64,000 bases of DNA, taken from NCBI GenBank assembly GCA_964643435.1, contig CAZXPY010000003.1, forward strand, positions 20,344-84,343, written 5' to 3'. Of the stretch, positions 29,451 through 38,753 are shown in pieces. A program made the translations under genes and the position numbers. The notes under the pieces are model-generated. The model was not told the origin of the DNA. It saw only the letters and a program-made list of their open reading frames with translations, and did no database searches. Each line of letters starts with the position of its first letter. The first letter of the stretch is position 1. Origin of the DNA: an uncultured Gammaproteobacteria bacterium. GTDB taxonomy: Bacteria > Patescibacteriota > Microgenomatia > Woykebacterales > RBG-16-39-9b.

Positions 29451-30947
29451 TTAAGATTTTATTATTTTTTCGGTAACTTTATAATCAAGTCTTTTGCCTA
29501 ATATTAATCGAGTGTGGGCATCCATTCCTGGCAGAGAATTAAATAAAAAAGCAGTTATTGGCATTAAGAGATATTGCAGGATGTTTAACGGCCAAAAAGT
29601 TTTCTTAATAGAGGCTGGTCTAGGCGGTTTTAACAACCAATCTACAACGATAACGGAAATAATGAAAACACTACAAAGTGTAAGAATTATCCCCGAAACT
29701 CTAGGTAGGTTATGTCCTAAAGCGGTAAACCTAAAAGCGGGATTAACTAATGGTGGTAGGACGGCGCCGAGAGTTAAGATCCACCAATTGACCGGCCAAA
29801 GAATATGTTGCTCAAGAGCCTTGACAAATCGGAAAATAAAGTTCCCTAACGAAACTTCCCGGCGGTGGCGGATGAACTCCTTAATTGCATAGGCGATATC
29901 CGTTACTCCCCAAGCCCACCGTCTTGATTGATTGTACTGGGAAATAAGGGATTTTAGATAAGTTTGTCCCTCCACAGCATCGGCAAATAAAGGGAGAAAA
30001 ATAGGCTCAATTTCAACCTCTCCTCTATGAGTAAAGAAGCATTTGAAAAATAAATGCCAATCTTCAGAAACTACATCTACATCCCAAAAATCGGCCCTTT
30101 CCACTAAGAGCCAACTTGCCGAATAAGTTGAATAATTAAAAATAGATTTTGGTCTCATTAAATCAGCTACTTGGGCTATCGAATAAAGGGTATGAACAAC
30201 TCTCACTGGCATCGGCACCCGCCAGATATTATTGTAAAATACTAGGGCTGCCTGCCAAAAACGCAAATAGCGTTTTTCATTTTTTAAAAATTGGTAAGTA
30301 AAATGAGAAAAATATTTTGGGTGAAAAGCAACATCCGCATCACAAGAAGTTATGGTGAGAAAATTTTTGTCAAAACCAGCAGTTTCAATCTTTTCTTTGA
30401 CGATCTTAGCAGCGTAAGCCATATTTGAAGACTTACCCACGACCTCTCCTTTTTTCAATTCATGATTTGTAATCCAGAAATTACCAAAAGTAGCCTCGAA
30501 CTCTTTTTTTAATTGACTTGCTTTAATTTCCGAGTCCCTTTCCCTACCTTCGGTCGCTAAACAAACATCAATTTGTTTAGTAGGAAATTCTTGTTCAGAT
30601 AAAAATGTAAGGGTTCGTCTTAAAATTAGCAAGGGTTCCTTATAAGTGGGGATAAATACAAGGTGACGGACTTTCGAATAATCTAATTTACTTGAATTTA
30701 ATTTGGCTACCCACGATTGCCTAGATACGTTTTGAATTCGTAGGTACGATCTTATTGAGTTTATACCAATATGAGTAGCTCGATAAAAAAAGTAAATGTC
30801 GAAGATTATGATGAAATAAGCAACCGCTTCCGGTACAAAAAAACTAGCCCATACTGGGGCGGTTAGTAAAGTCCAAGAGGTTATCCCCGGCAGAATTTCC
30901 AAAACCCGAGTTATTTGAGACTCATATTTTTCTAGAAACCTAACCAT
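29451..30947 (-). CDS. membrane glycosyltransferase, family 2-like
   Basis: VFIPTYKEP start of a GT-A domain; N- and C-terminal transmembrane segments. Confidence 0.5.
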   Translation of the reverse strand: MVRFLEKYESQITRVLEILPGITSWTLLTAPVWASFFVPEAVAYFIIIFDIYFFYRATHIGINSIRSYLRIQNVSRQSWVAKLNSSKLDYSKVRHLVFIPTYKEPLLILRRTLTFLSEQEFPTKQIDVCLATEGRERDSEIKASQLKKEFEATFGNFWITNHELKKGEVVGKSSNMAYAAKIVKEKIETAGFDKNFLTITSCDADVAFHPKYFSHFTYQFLKNEKRYLRFWQAALVFYNNIWRVPMPVRVVHTLYSIAQVADLMRPKSIFNYSTYSASWLLVERADFWDVDVVSEDWHLFFKCFFTHRGEVEIEPIFLPLFADAVEGQTYLKSLISQYNQSRRWAWGVTDIAYAIKEFIRHRREVSLGNFIFRFVKALEQHILWPVNWWILTLGAVLPPLVNPAFRFTALGHNLPRVSGIILTLCSVFIISVIVVDWLLKPPRPASIKKTFWPLNILQYLLMPITAFLFNSLPGMDAHTRLILGKRLDYKVTEKIIKS

Positions 30948-30972
30948 TTTGTTCTCATTCTACCACAGAAGT

Positions 30973-32358
30973 TTATTGCCTTGGGAATATTGGGCTGATG
31001 CTTTTGATTTTAGGAGAGGAGAATTGTTTTTCAATTTTTTGGCTAGTTTCGGGCATAAAAGGTTCCAAGTAAGTGGCGATCAGAAGCAATTTTTCGATAT
31101 AAGTTTCTAACACTTTTTTTAACTTTACGCCCCTTAAATTCCAAGGTTGGTCCTTATCTATATCAGAATTTAAGGAAGCTAAGAGATTAAAAGGAATTTT
31201 TAAAGCTTTTTCAAAACTTAAACTCTCGATAAACTCCCTAAATTTTGGATCGTAGTTTTCTTTACTAGACTTTGGCAAAATTAAAGTAGTGGTGCTAGCA
31301 AGCTTAGTAATTCTTGAGACCGTATTACCCAAACCATTAGCCAACTCTTTATTATATTTTTCTTTGAAAAGCTTCAAGGAAATATTACCATCTTCTCCAA
31401 AAGGAAAAATCGATAAAAGTAAAAATCTAGTGCCATCAGCTCCAAATCGGGCGATCAGGTCTTTTGGAGAAATAACATTGTCTAAACTTTTCGACATTTT
31501 TTCTCCTTCGATAGTAAAAAACCCGTGGGCAAAAATTTTTTTAGGTAATTCGTATCCAGCCGCCAAAAGCAAAGCTGGCCAAATAACAGCGTGAAACCAC
31601 AAAATATCCTTACCAATTAGATGTAAATCGGCCGGCCATACTTTTTGTTCCTTTCCGTAGGTTAAATAATTTATAAGTGCATCTACCCAGACATAAGTGG
31701 TTTGGCTTTTATCGAAAGGTAGTGGTATTCCCCAATGCAAAGCCTCCCTTGAGATTGAAATATCCTCCAAACCCTGTTTTAATTTTCCTAAAACCTCATT
31801 TTTACGTTTTGTCGGCGCAATTTCAATTTCACCACTAGAAATTTTCTTGGTTAGCTCTTTTTGAAAGAACGAGAGCTTAAAGAAATAGTTAAGCTCTCGG
31901 TAGGGTACCGGCTTGGTATGATGCTCCGGGCATTTTCCAGCAACAATTTCATCGCCAGTTAAAAATTTTTCGTGACCAACACAATACAAACCTTCGTAGA
32001 TTCCTTTATAGATAACACCCTTTTTGTAAAGAATATTTAAAAAATCCCCAACCTCATTTTTATGGTTCGTATCAGTTGTACGAATGAAATAATCGTTAGA
32101 AATGTTTAAAAAGCGCCAATTATCTTTGTAGCTGTCCGCAACAGTATCTGCAAATTTTTTAGTTAAAACACCCTTCCTTTTGGCAGCCAGTTCAATTTTT
32201 ACTCCGTGTTCGTCAGTACCGGTTAAAAAATAAACTTTATGAGCTAAATTTCGATAAAAACGAGCTAAAACATCAGCGGCTACGGTTGTATAAGCATGGC
32301 CGATATGGGGAAGATCGTTTACGTAATAAATTGGGGTAGTGATAAAAAATTTTTTCAT
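30973..32358 (-). CDS. metG: methionyl-tRNA synthetase
   Basis: HIGH (DLPHIGHAYT) and KMSKS motifs. Confidence 0.85.
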   Translation of the reverse strand: MKKFFITTPIYYVNDLPHIGHAYTTVAADVLARFYRNLAHKVYFLTGTDEHGVKIELAAKRKGVLTKKFADTVADSYKDNWRFLNISNDYFIRTTDTNHKNEVGDFLNILYKKGVIYKGIYEGLYCVGHEKFLTGDEIVAGKCPEHHTKPVPYRELNYFFKLSFFQKELTKKISSGEIEIAPTKRKNEVLGKLKQGLEDISISREALHWGIPLPFDKSQTTYVWVDALINYLTYGKEQKVWPADLHLIGKDILWFHAVIWPALLLAAGYELPKKIFAHGFFTIEGEKMSKSLDNVISPKDLIARFGADGTRFLLLSIFPFGEDGNISLKLFKEKYNKELANGLGNTVSRITKLASTTTLILPKSSKENYDPKFREFIESLSFEKALKIPFNLLASLNSDIDKDQPWNLRGVKLKKVLETYIEKLLLIATYLEPFMPETSQKIEKQFSSPKIKSISPIFPRQ

Positions 32359-32383
32359 TTTATTTGTAAAAGAGATGAAGATC

Positions 32384-32752
32384 TCATTTTTGACTCCAAT
32401 AAATTTCTAAAATAAAAGCCACTGAAACTAGCAGAACAATATTTAACCAAGTAGCTAATTTTAACAGGAGAAGTAATAAAATTAAAGTTAGACTAGTAGA
32501 AAAAAATACACCCCTTCTAATACTCAAACGAACCTGACGACTAGAAGCCATCAATTTTTTATCTTTAAAAATAAACGAAAAAAAATATAAAAATAGGCTA
32601 GCACTAGAGCTTAAAAGAAGCCAAAAGCTCCCAAAAAAATAAAATAAATTTTGTAAGACAAAGCGATCTTCAATCTTTGGCGGTAGGAAAAAAATTGTTA
32701 AAGTTAAAATTGAGCCGGATATTAAAATGACGGAACCTAAAATGAAAACCAC
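32384..32752 (-). CDS. hypothetical membrane protein
   Basis: Hydrophobic ORF. Confidence 0.3.
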   Translation of the reverse strand: MVFILGSVILISGSILTLTIFFLPPKIEDRFVLQNLFYFFGSFWLLLSSSASLFLYFFSFIFKDKKLMASSRQVRLSIRRGVFFSTSLTLILLLLLLKLATWLNIVLLVSVAFILEIYWSQK

Positions 32753-32830
32753 TAGTTTAATTTTAATATTCTTTAATTTTTAAAACAATTTTTGCTTCCC
32801 TTTTTCACTCCTTTTTGTTAAGATCCTTTT

Positions 32831-33901
32831 GTGGATCAAAATACTCTTTTAATTATAATCGTGGCTATTCTTTTGGTTGGGTTTTTTATTTTCTTTCGGC
32901 AAATCCAAGATTTGCGCACTGGACGTGATAAGGATAAATCCCAAGAAATACTGCTCAAATGGCTAGAAGAAATGCGTTCCAGTGTCGATAAAAATACAGA
33001 AACTTTGCAAAAAAGATTGGAAGCTACCAATAAAGCGATAAATGAGCGGCTAGATAATGCTGCCAAGGTAATCGGTATGGTTGGCAAAGAAGTTGGTCAA
33101 ATGAGTGAAATTGGTCGAAGTATGAAAGAGCTACAGGATTTTCTACGTAGTCCCAAGCTACGCGGTAATATCGGTGAGCAAGTTTTACGAGAACTTTTAG
33201 GGCAATTTTTACCTAAAGAGAGCTTTCACTTACAATATCGGTTCCTTAGTGGTGAGATAGTGGATGCGGCGATAAAAACCGATTCCGGTATTATTCCAAT
33301 TGATTCAAAATTTCCAATGGAAAATTTTAAAGAGATTATGAAAGCGGAAAGTGAAGAAGAGAAGAAACTCTACGAGAAAGAATTTAGCCGCGATGTTAGA
33401 AAACACATCGATGATATTGCCAAAAAGTACATTTTACCGGAAGAAGGGACGATTGATTACGCTTTGATGTACGTTCCTTCGGAGCCAGTTTACTATGAGA
33501 TTATGAGCAATATTCCTGAACTTTCTGATTACTCCCATAAAAAAAGGGTGTTGCCAGTTTCCCCATCCACTTTTTACGCGTATATGCGGGCGATTTTAAT
33601 GAGTTTTGAAGGAAAAAAGATTGAAGAGCGCGCCCGGTCGATTTTGACAGCGCTTCGGGGGATTAAAGGAGACAGTGAAAAATTTGGCGAGGCTCTTCGT
33701 ATTCTTACCAAACACGTCACCGATACCAAGAACACTGCCGATCTTGTTAATGCCCGCTACATTTCGCTACACTCAAAGATAGACACGGCTGGTGGTTTAA
33801 AAGGTACAACTAGCAAGACCCTTGAGGAACCCGAAACCTTATCACTCGAAGAAGAGGAAGCCACTTCAGATGTGGCGGGAGAGATCACCGAAGAAAGGTA
33901 G
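32831..33901 (+). CDS. rmuC: DNA recombination protein RmuC
   Basis: N-terminal transmembrane helix, coiled coil and the RmuC C-terminal domain. Confidence 0.75.
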   Translation: MDQNTLLIIIVAILLVGFFIFFRQIQDLRTGRDKDKSQEILLKWLEEMRSSVDKNTETLQKRLEATNKAINERLDNAAKVIGMVGKEVGQMSEIGRSMKELQDFLRSPKLRGNIGEQVLRELLGQFLPKESFHLQYRFLSGEIVDAAIKTDSGIIPIDSKFPMENFKEIMKAESEEEKKLYEKEFSRDVRKHIDDIAKKYILPEEGTIDYALMYVPSEPVYYEIMSNIPELSDYSHKKRVLPVSPSTFYAYMRAILMSFEGKKIEERARSILTALRGIKGDSEKFGEALRILTKHVTDTKNTADLVNARYISLHSKIDTAGGLKGTTSKTLEEPETLSLEEEEATSDVAGEITEER

Positions 33902-34088
33902 AAAGAGACGGTAACCCATTGTCGGCTTGCAACCGCAGGTCGGCGTTTTCTTTTTAGTGATTAGTCCACGAAGTGGTCGCAGCATTCGGTAGTCCTTAGC
34001 CCTACGGGCGCAGAGCGCGAAGCGATCTTAATTACCTTCGCGATTAGCGAATGAATTTAGTTACGGGGAATGCTAAAATAATTTCGCA

Positions 34089-37025
34089 ATGAGTGAGGTT
34101 TTGGTTGGGTTAAATAGGCAGCAGAAAGAAGCGGTGACTACCACGGAGGGACCGCTTTTAATAATTGCTGGGGCGGGTACTGGCAAAACCACGGTTATTA
34201 CTCGCCGCATTGCCTACATAATTGAGCAAAAACTCGCGAAACCCTCTGAAATTTTAGCCCTCACTTTTACGGAAAAAGCGGCTGGAGAGATGGAAGAAAG
34301 AGTTGATGTGCTTGTTCCTTACGGCTATATTGATACCTGGATTAGTACCTTTCATGCCTTTGGAGAACGAATCTTGCGCGAAAACGCACTTGAGTTAGGT
34401 CTAACCCCTGATTTTAAAGTTCTAACAAGAAGCGCCCAAATTTTATTTTTCCAACAAAATCTGTTTTCTTTCGATTTAAATTTTTACCGACCGCTTTCTA
34501 ATCCCACTAAATTTATTGAAGCCATCTTAAATTTTATCAGTCGACTTAAGGATGAAGATATCACGCCTCAACAATATCTTCGATATGTTGAGAAGTTAAA
34601 AGTGAAAAGTTCAAAGTCAAAAATTGACAAAGAAGAAAAGAAAGAGTCGGAAATTGAAATTAAAAGGCAGGAAGAGCTGGCAAAAGTTTACGAGCAATAC
34701 GAACAGTTAAAATTACAAGCTGGTTTTCTGGATTTTGGGGATTTGGTGGTGCGGACACTGCGTTTTTTAAGAAAAAATAAAAAACAATTAAAAAAATACC
34801 AAGAAAAATTTAAATATATTTTAGTGGATGAGTTTCAAGACACAAATTGGGCCCAAAACGAATTAGTCAAACTTTTAGCTTCTGAAAAAGCAAACTTAGC
34901 CGTGGTCGCTGATGATGATCAAAGTATTTATCGTTTTCGGGGAGCCTCAATTAGTAATGTTTTAGATTTTAAAAAAACCTACGCAACCGCTAAAATCGTT
35001 ACTTTGTTTGAAAATTACCGCTCAAACCAAGCCGTTTTGGATAGTGCCTACGCTCTTATCCAAAAAAATAACCCCGATCGTCTCGAAGTAAGAGAAAAAA
35101 TTAATAAAAAACTAATTTCTAGGGTTGGTAAAGGAATTACCCCCCAGGAACTTTTTAGCCCGAACTTAACTGAAGAGGCAGATTTAGTAGCAGCGGAAAT
35201 CAAAAAACTAGTAATTAATAGAAAAATGCAATATAAAGAGGTTGCCATTTTAGTTAGAGCCAATAATCAAGCCGATTCCTTTATCCGCGCTTTAAATATA
35301 AAAGGTATTCCCAGTAAGTTGATAACCTCTTTTGGTTTGTACAATTCAAGTGAAATTAAACTTTTAATTTCGGCTTTAAACGCAATGTCTAATTTTGATA
35401 ATTCCGCTGCTCTCTTTAATTTAGCGACTGCCGAGATTTATAAACTACCGATGGAGGACGCTATCAAACTTAATAGTTTTGCTAGAAGAAAAGGCCGTAA
35501 TTTGTACCTCATTTTTCAAAAGGCAGAGAGCTTAAAGGAGACTTTGGAGTTAAGTGACGAGGGTTTAGGAAAAGTTAAAAGGATTTTACAAGATTTACAA
35601 ATTTTACTTGAATTATCCCGTAAGGAAAATGTCGGCAAAGTTTTATTTGAATTTTTAAGATTAAGTGGTTATTTGAAGGAATTAGAATCGGAAAATAGCT
35701 CCGAAGCAGAGGTTAAGATCCAAAATATCGCTAAATTTTTCACCAAAATTAAGGAGTTTATTGACACCTCTTCCAACGAATCAGTGTCAGCCTTTGTTGA
35801 TTATTTGGAAACTTTAAAAGGGTTTGGGGAGGATCCTGGTTCCGCGGCATACGATCCCGATTTAAATGCGGTTAACGTAATGACGATCCACGCTGCTAAA
35901 GGATTAGAATTTAGAGCGGTTTTTTTAGTAAATCTTGTTTCTGATCGGTTTCCCACTAGAGAGCGGCCAGACAAAATAGAAGTTCCTTCAGAGTTGATAA
36001 AAGAAACTCTACCAAGCGGAGATTACCATTTGGAGGAGGAAAGGCGATTATTTTATGTTGGTATGACAAGAGCTAAAGAGCTTCTTTATCTTTCCTGGTC
36101 ACGTGATAGCGGTGGTAAAAGAGTCAAAAAAATATCCCCTTTTTTGGTTGAAGCTTTGGGAAAATCAAAAGCAGTTTTGGCGGCTACCTCTGATCTTGAA
36201 AAAATTGAAAAGTTTGCCGCTCCTACCGCCGTAAAACCAATAAAGGAAGAAATTAAAATTTTGAAACTAACTCAAGGATCGATTGATGATTATAGAACCT
36301 GCGCTTACAAATACCGTTACGCTCACGTTTTAAAAGTGCCAATCTTACGCCACCACCCGGTGGTATATGGAGCCGCCCTACACCAAGCCGTGGCCGCTTT
36401 TTGGCAAACGAAATTAGCCCAAAAGTCTCCAAAACTGGAAGCTGTTTTGGAAGTGTTCGAACGCTACTTCGAATCAGAAGGATTTCTGTCAAAAGAGCAC
36501 GAGGAAAGAAGACTTTTAGTCGGGAAAAAAGTTTTACGCTCTTTTTGGAATCGAGAAAAAGATACTAAAAACCTCCCCACCTTTATTGAAAAAGAATTCC
36601 GGTTCAGTCTTGGCGATATTTTAATTAACGGTCGTTTCGATCGAGTTGATATTGATCCGGCAACTGCCGGAGTAAGAATTATTGATTATAAAGCCAGTGA
36701 AAGTAAGACTTTACCAGAGTTAGAAAAAGAGGCAAAAAATAGCGTACAGCTTAAAATTTACGCTCTTGGATATTATAAAAATTACAACGTTGTTCCTAAC
36801 AGTCTGGGAATTTACGCCTTAGAGTCTGGATTAGTTGGGGAATACAGACCTTCTTCAGAAATTTTGGAAGAAACTGAAAATTTAGTTAAAGAAGTTGCCG
36901 GCGACGTGCGCAAAAATTTAAAAGAGGATTATTTTCCGGCTAACCCGATTTATTTTGGGGAAAAAATCGCCTGTTTTTACTGCGCCTACGAATCCATTTG
37001 TCCTTTCAGCAAAGCCAACCGATAG
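34089..37025 (+). CDS. AddA/AdnB-like helicase-nuclease: UvrD-type helicase fused to a C-terminal PD-(D/E)XK nuclease with a Cys cluster
   Basis: IIAGAGTGKT Walker A and UvrD motifs; C-terminal CFYCAYESICPF cysteine cluster of Cas4/AddB type. Confidence 0.7.
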   Translation: MSEVLVGLNRQQKEAVTTTEGPLLIIAGAGTGKTTVITRRIAYIIEQKLAKPSEILALTFTEKAAGEMEERVDVLVPYGYIDTWISTFHAFGERILRENALELGLTPDFKVLTRSAQILFFQQNLFSFDLNFYRPLSNPTKFIEAILNFISRLKDEDITPQQYLRYVEKLKVKSSKSKIDKEEKKESEIEIKRQEELAKVYEQYEQLKLQAGFLDFGDLVVRTLRFLRKNKKQLKKYQEKFKYILVDEFQDTNWAQNELVKLLASEKANLAVVADDDQSIYRFRGASISNVLDFKKTYATAKIVTLFENYRSNQAVLDSAYALIQKNNPDRLEVREKINKKLISRVGKGITPQELFSPNLTEEADLVAAEIKKLVINRKMQYKEVAILVRANNQADSFIRALNIKGIPSKLITSFGLYNSSEIKLLISALNAMSNFDNSAALFNLATAEIYKLPMEDAIKLNSFARRKGRNLYLIFQKAESLKETLELSDEGLGKVKRILQDLQILLELSRKENVGKVLFEFLRLSGYLKELESENSSEAEVKIQNIAKFFTKIKEFIDTSSNESVSAFVDYLETLKGFGEDPGSAAYDPDLNAVNVMTIHAAKGLEFRAVFLVNLVSDRFPTRERPDKIEVPSELIKETLPSGDYHLEEERRLFYVGMTRAKELLYLSWSRDSGGKRVKKISPFLVEALGKSKAVLAATSDLEKIEKFAAPTAVKPIKEEIKILKLTQGSIDDYRTCAYKYRYAHVLKVPILRHHPVVYGAALHQAVAAFWQTKLAQKSPKLEAVLEVFERYFESEGFLSKEHEERRLLVGKKVLRSFWNREKDTKNLPTFIEKEFRFSLGDILINGRFDRVDIDPATAGVRIIDYKASESKTLPELEKEAKNSVQLKIYALGYYKNYNVVPNSLGIYALESGLVGEYRPSSEILEETENLVKEVAGDVRKNLKEDYFPANPIYFGEKIACFYCAYESICPFSKANR

Positions 37026-37047
37026 TCAATTTTATAACCTCTAGTAG

Positions 37048-37076
37048 TTGACAAAAGGATATAAATATGGTATAGT
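37048..37076 (+). promoter_or_regulatory. sigma70 promoter TTGACA-17-TATAGT (island cassette 1)
   Basis: Hexamers and spacer read directly. Confidence 0.55.
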
Positions 37077-37133
37077 AATTACATTAAATCCCCGCCTGGG
37101 GAATGGATTCATATTTTGGACAGGAGGTTCACA

Positions 37134-37298
37134 GTGTCTGGTCGGCAATTCGCGTCCTACGTGTACGGGAGCAACCGGCCCAAGAGTCAGCGGCCGTTCG
37201 AAGGTAGCGCACCACTGCGCAACCGCGACGCCCGCAACAGCCAGATCGTCAAGCCTAAGGAGGACAGCAAATCCTTCTGGGCGAAGGCCAACTGGTAG
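37134..37298 (+). CDS. small basic protein of unknown function (54 aa, GTG start, GGAGG Shine-Dalgarno), GC-rich
   Basis: GGAGG 6 nt upstream of the GTG; sequence MSGRQFASYVYGSNRPKSQRPFEGSAPLRNRDARNSQIVKPKEDSKSFWAKANW; followed by a terminator. Confidence 0.45.
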   Translation: MSGRQFASYVYGSNRPKSQRPFEGSAPLRNRDARNSQIVKPKEDSKSFWAKANW

Positions 37299-37356
37299 GA
37301 CCCGCCAACACCGCCGAAGAAATTCAAGGGAAAGTTTCGGCGGCAAGAATCCGTCT

Positions 37357-37409
37357 GAAGGGGTAGACGAAGCTCAATGCAACGCCTACCCCTTCCTCTT
37401 TACTTTTAC
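37357..37409 (+). terminator. intrinsic terminator GAAGGGGUAG...CUACCCCUUC plus CUCUUUACUUUUAC
   Basis: 10-bp stem and U-rich tail; the tail overlaps the -35 of the next cassette. Confidence 0.55.
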
Positions 37410-37426
37410 AACACAGCTGGTATAAT
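37399..37426 (+). promoter_or_regulatory. sigma70 promoter TTTACT-16-TATAAT (island cassette 2)
   Basis: Read directly. Confidence 0.45.
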
Positions 37427-37460
37427 CCGTCTCGGAATTGCTAATCAAAGGAGGGGATCC

Positions 37461-37919
37461 TTGCAGGTAGAGTACGAGACGAAAAAAGTCCCCAAGGATT
37501 ATAGGGGAGTGAGCGAGACGGCGACTCTTTTACAAGCAGTTTGCGATGTGCGGTTGTCCCCAAACTTTTACTACCCAGTAACGATTAATATTTTTGTAGA
37601 TGAAGAAACCGTAGAAACAAGAAACGTTGAGGTGACCCTACCTTATTATAACTTGGTGGGTAATCACTATATCTTGGTTAGGGACCAAAGAACCGCGGTT
37701 ATCAAGGCGGCATTGAAGAAAGACGAAGAAGCCTTCTTAGAAGCCTTCCAATCACCGGCGGCTGTTTCAGTACGCAAGCGGGGAAATCTCACCTGGCTTG
37801 TTTTTGCCCAAACAAACGGTAGCACCCCTAACGCCTCCCTCTTTCGCGGGGAAGCACTGGCAGGAGAGCGTGTAATCTGGAAAAACAAGATGCACGATCT
37901 CCGAATCACCAGTATTTAG
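37461..37919 (+). CDS. hypothetical protein (about 152 aa, TTG start, AAGGAGG Shine-Dalgarno), GC-rich; no recognisable family
   Basis: Shine-Dalgarno 7 nt upstream of the TTG; the ORF track extended it to an upstream in-frame start at 37377. Confidence 0.45.
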   Translation: MQVEYETKKVPKDYRGVSETATLLQAVCDVRLSPNFYYPVTINIFVDEETVETRNVEVTLPYYNLVGNHYILVRDQRTAVIKAALKKDEEAFLEAFQSPAAVSVRKRGNLTWLVFAQTNGSTPNASLFRGEALAGERVIWKNKMHDLRITSI

Positions 37920-37928
37920 ACTATGGGG

Positions 37929-37957
37929 TTGACAAAGCCTCGTAGTTATAGTATAAT
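37929..37957 (+). promoter_or_regulatory. consensus sigma70 promoter TTGACA-17-TATAAT (island cassette 3)
   Basis: Exact consensus hexamers. Confidence 0.6.
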
Positions 37958-38060
37958 AATCGACAACTAAGCTCAAAATAAGCCGCTGAAAGGAGAGTAG
38001 AAAGCGCGGCAAGAGCAAGTACACCTTATCCGTAAGTGCCTTGAAACTTTGGAGGTTACC

Positions 38061-38531
38061 TTGTCTCCAACACGGAGAATCCAAGATCAGCGTTTCGAGT
38101 GTAGCGTCGGGGTCGCGTCGTACTGCCTCAAATCCGCTCGTCTCGACGAGGACTTCAACATCAGGTCCCGCGACCAGGACATCCCGGCCCTCTGGGTCAA
38201 AACCAGCCGGGAAAGGGACGAGATGAGGGCGGAGGTGAAGGACCTGGTCGTCATCTGCGCTCCCTGCCGGGGATTCCTCATTCAGCGGTCCAAAGAGACC
38301 GGGAAGAAGATCGAGATGTCCCCCTTGAGGGATGTTCTCGCCCGCCGGGAGGATTCCGCCCGCCGCGAGGCCGACCGCGAGTCCACTAGAGCCGCTGCGA
38401 TCGCAAAGGCAGACGCCTTCCTGGACAAGCACGGGGAGCCGGCGGAACCTACAGCAGTCGCCGTCGCTCTCGAAGGGGCAGGGATCGACGCCGCCGGCAA
38501 GACTTTGGTCGAGGCCGGAGGCAAGAAGTAG
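38061..38531 (+). CDS. hypothetical protein (about 156 aa, TTG start, GGAGG Shine-Dalgarno), about 60% GC by hand count; charged with an Ala/Gly-rich tail
   Basis: GGAGG 5 nt upstream of the TTG; strong terminator downstream; no recognisable motif (there is a CAPC pair). Confidence 0.45.
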   Translation: MSPTRRIQDQRFECSVGVASYCLKSARLDEDFNIRSRDQDIPALWVKTSRERDEMRAEVKDLVVICAPCRGFLIQRSKETGKKIEMSPLRDVLARREDSARREADRESTRAAAIAKADAFLDKHGEPAEPTAVAVALEGAGIDAAGKTLVEAGGKK

Positions 38532-38547
38532 CCCCTGTCGTACCGAA

Positions 38548-38596
38548 GAGGACCTTGTTGATGTTCAACTCATCACCAAGGTCCTTTTTTATTTTT
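38548..38596 (+). terminator. intrinsic terminator AGGACCUUG...CAAGGUCCU plus UUUUUUAUUUUU
   Basis: 9-bp stem and a long U tract. Confidence 0.65.
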
Positions 38597-38666
38597 AAAA
38601 TTGCAAAAAAAGAGTATTAGTTTAATATACCGCATACCTTTGATGAGGTAATAATCCTATAGCCTG

Positions 38667-38694
38667 TTGATTTTCGAATTTTTTATGATATAAT
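38667..38694 (+). promoter_or_regulatory. sigma70 promoter TTGATT-16-TATAAT (island cassette 4)
   Basis: Read directly. Confidence 0.45.
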
Positions 38695-38753
38695 CAAACC
38701 GCTCTCATTGAGCAGAACCTTTACAAGTTAATTAAAAGCAGAAAGGAGCAGTT

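Noticed and set aside
33901-34089. GC-rich hairpin-containing spacer between rmuC and the helicase-nuclease gene, as a possible riboswitch
   Set aside because: It contains only a probable rmuC terminator and a CGCGAAG...CTTCGCG hairpin. It has no recognisable aptamer features or promoter, so it was not called.
37041-38598. Minus-strand ORFs of 80-221 aa within the GC-rich island (37667.., 37767..38432, 38087.., 38282..)
   Set aside because: They run antisense to plus-strand genes that have promoters, Shine-Dalgarno sites and terminators. Long antisense ORFs are expected in 60% GC sequence.
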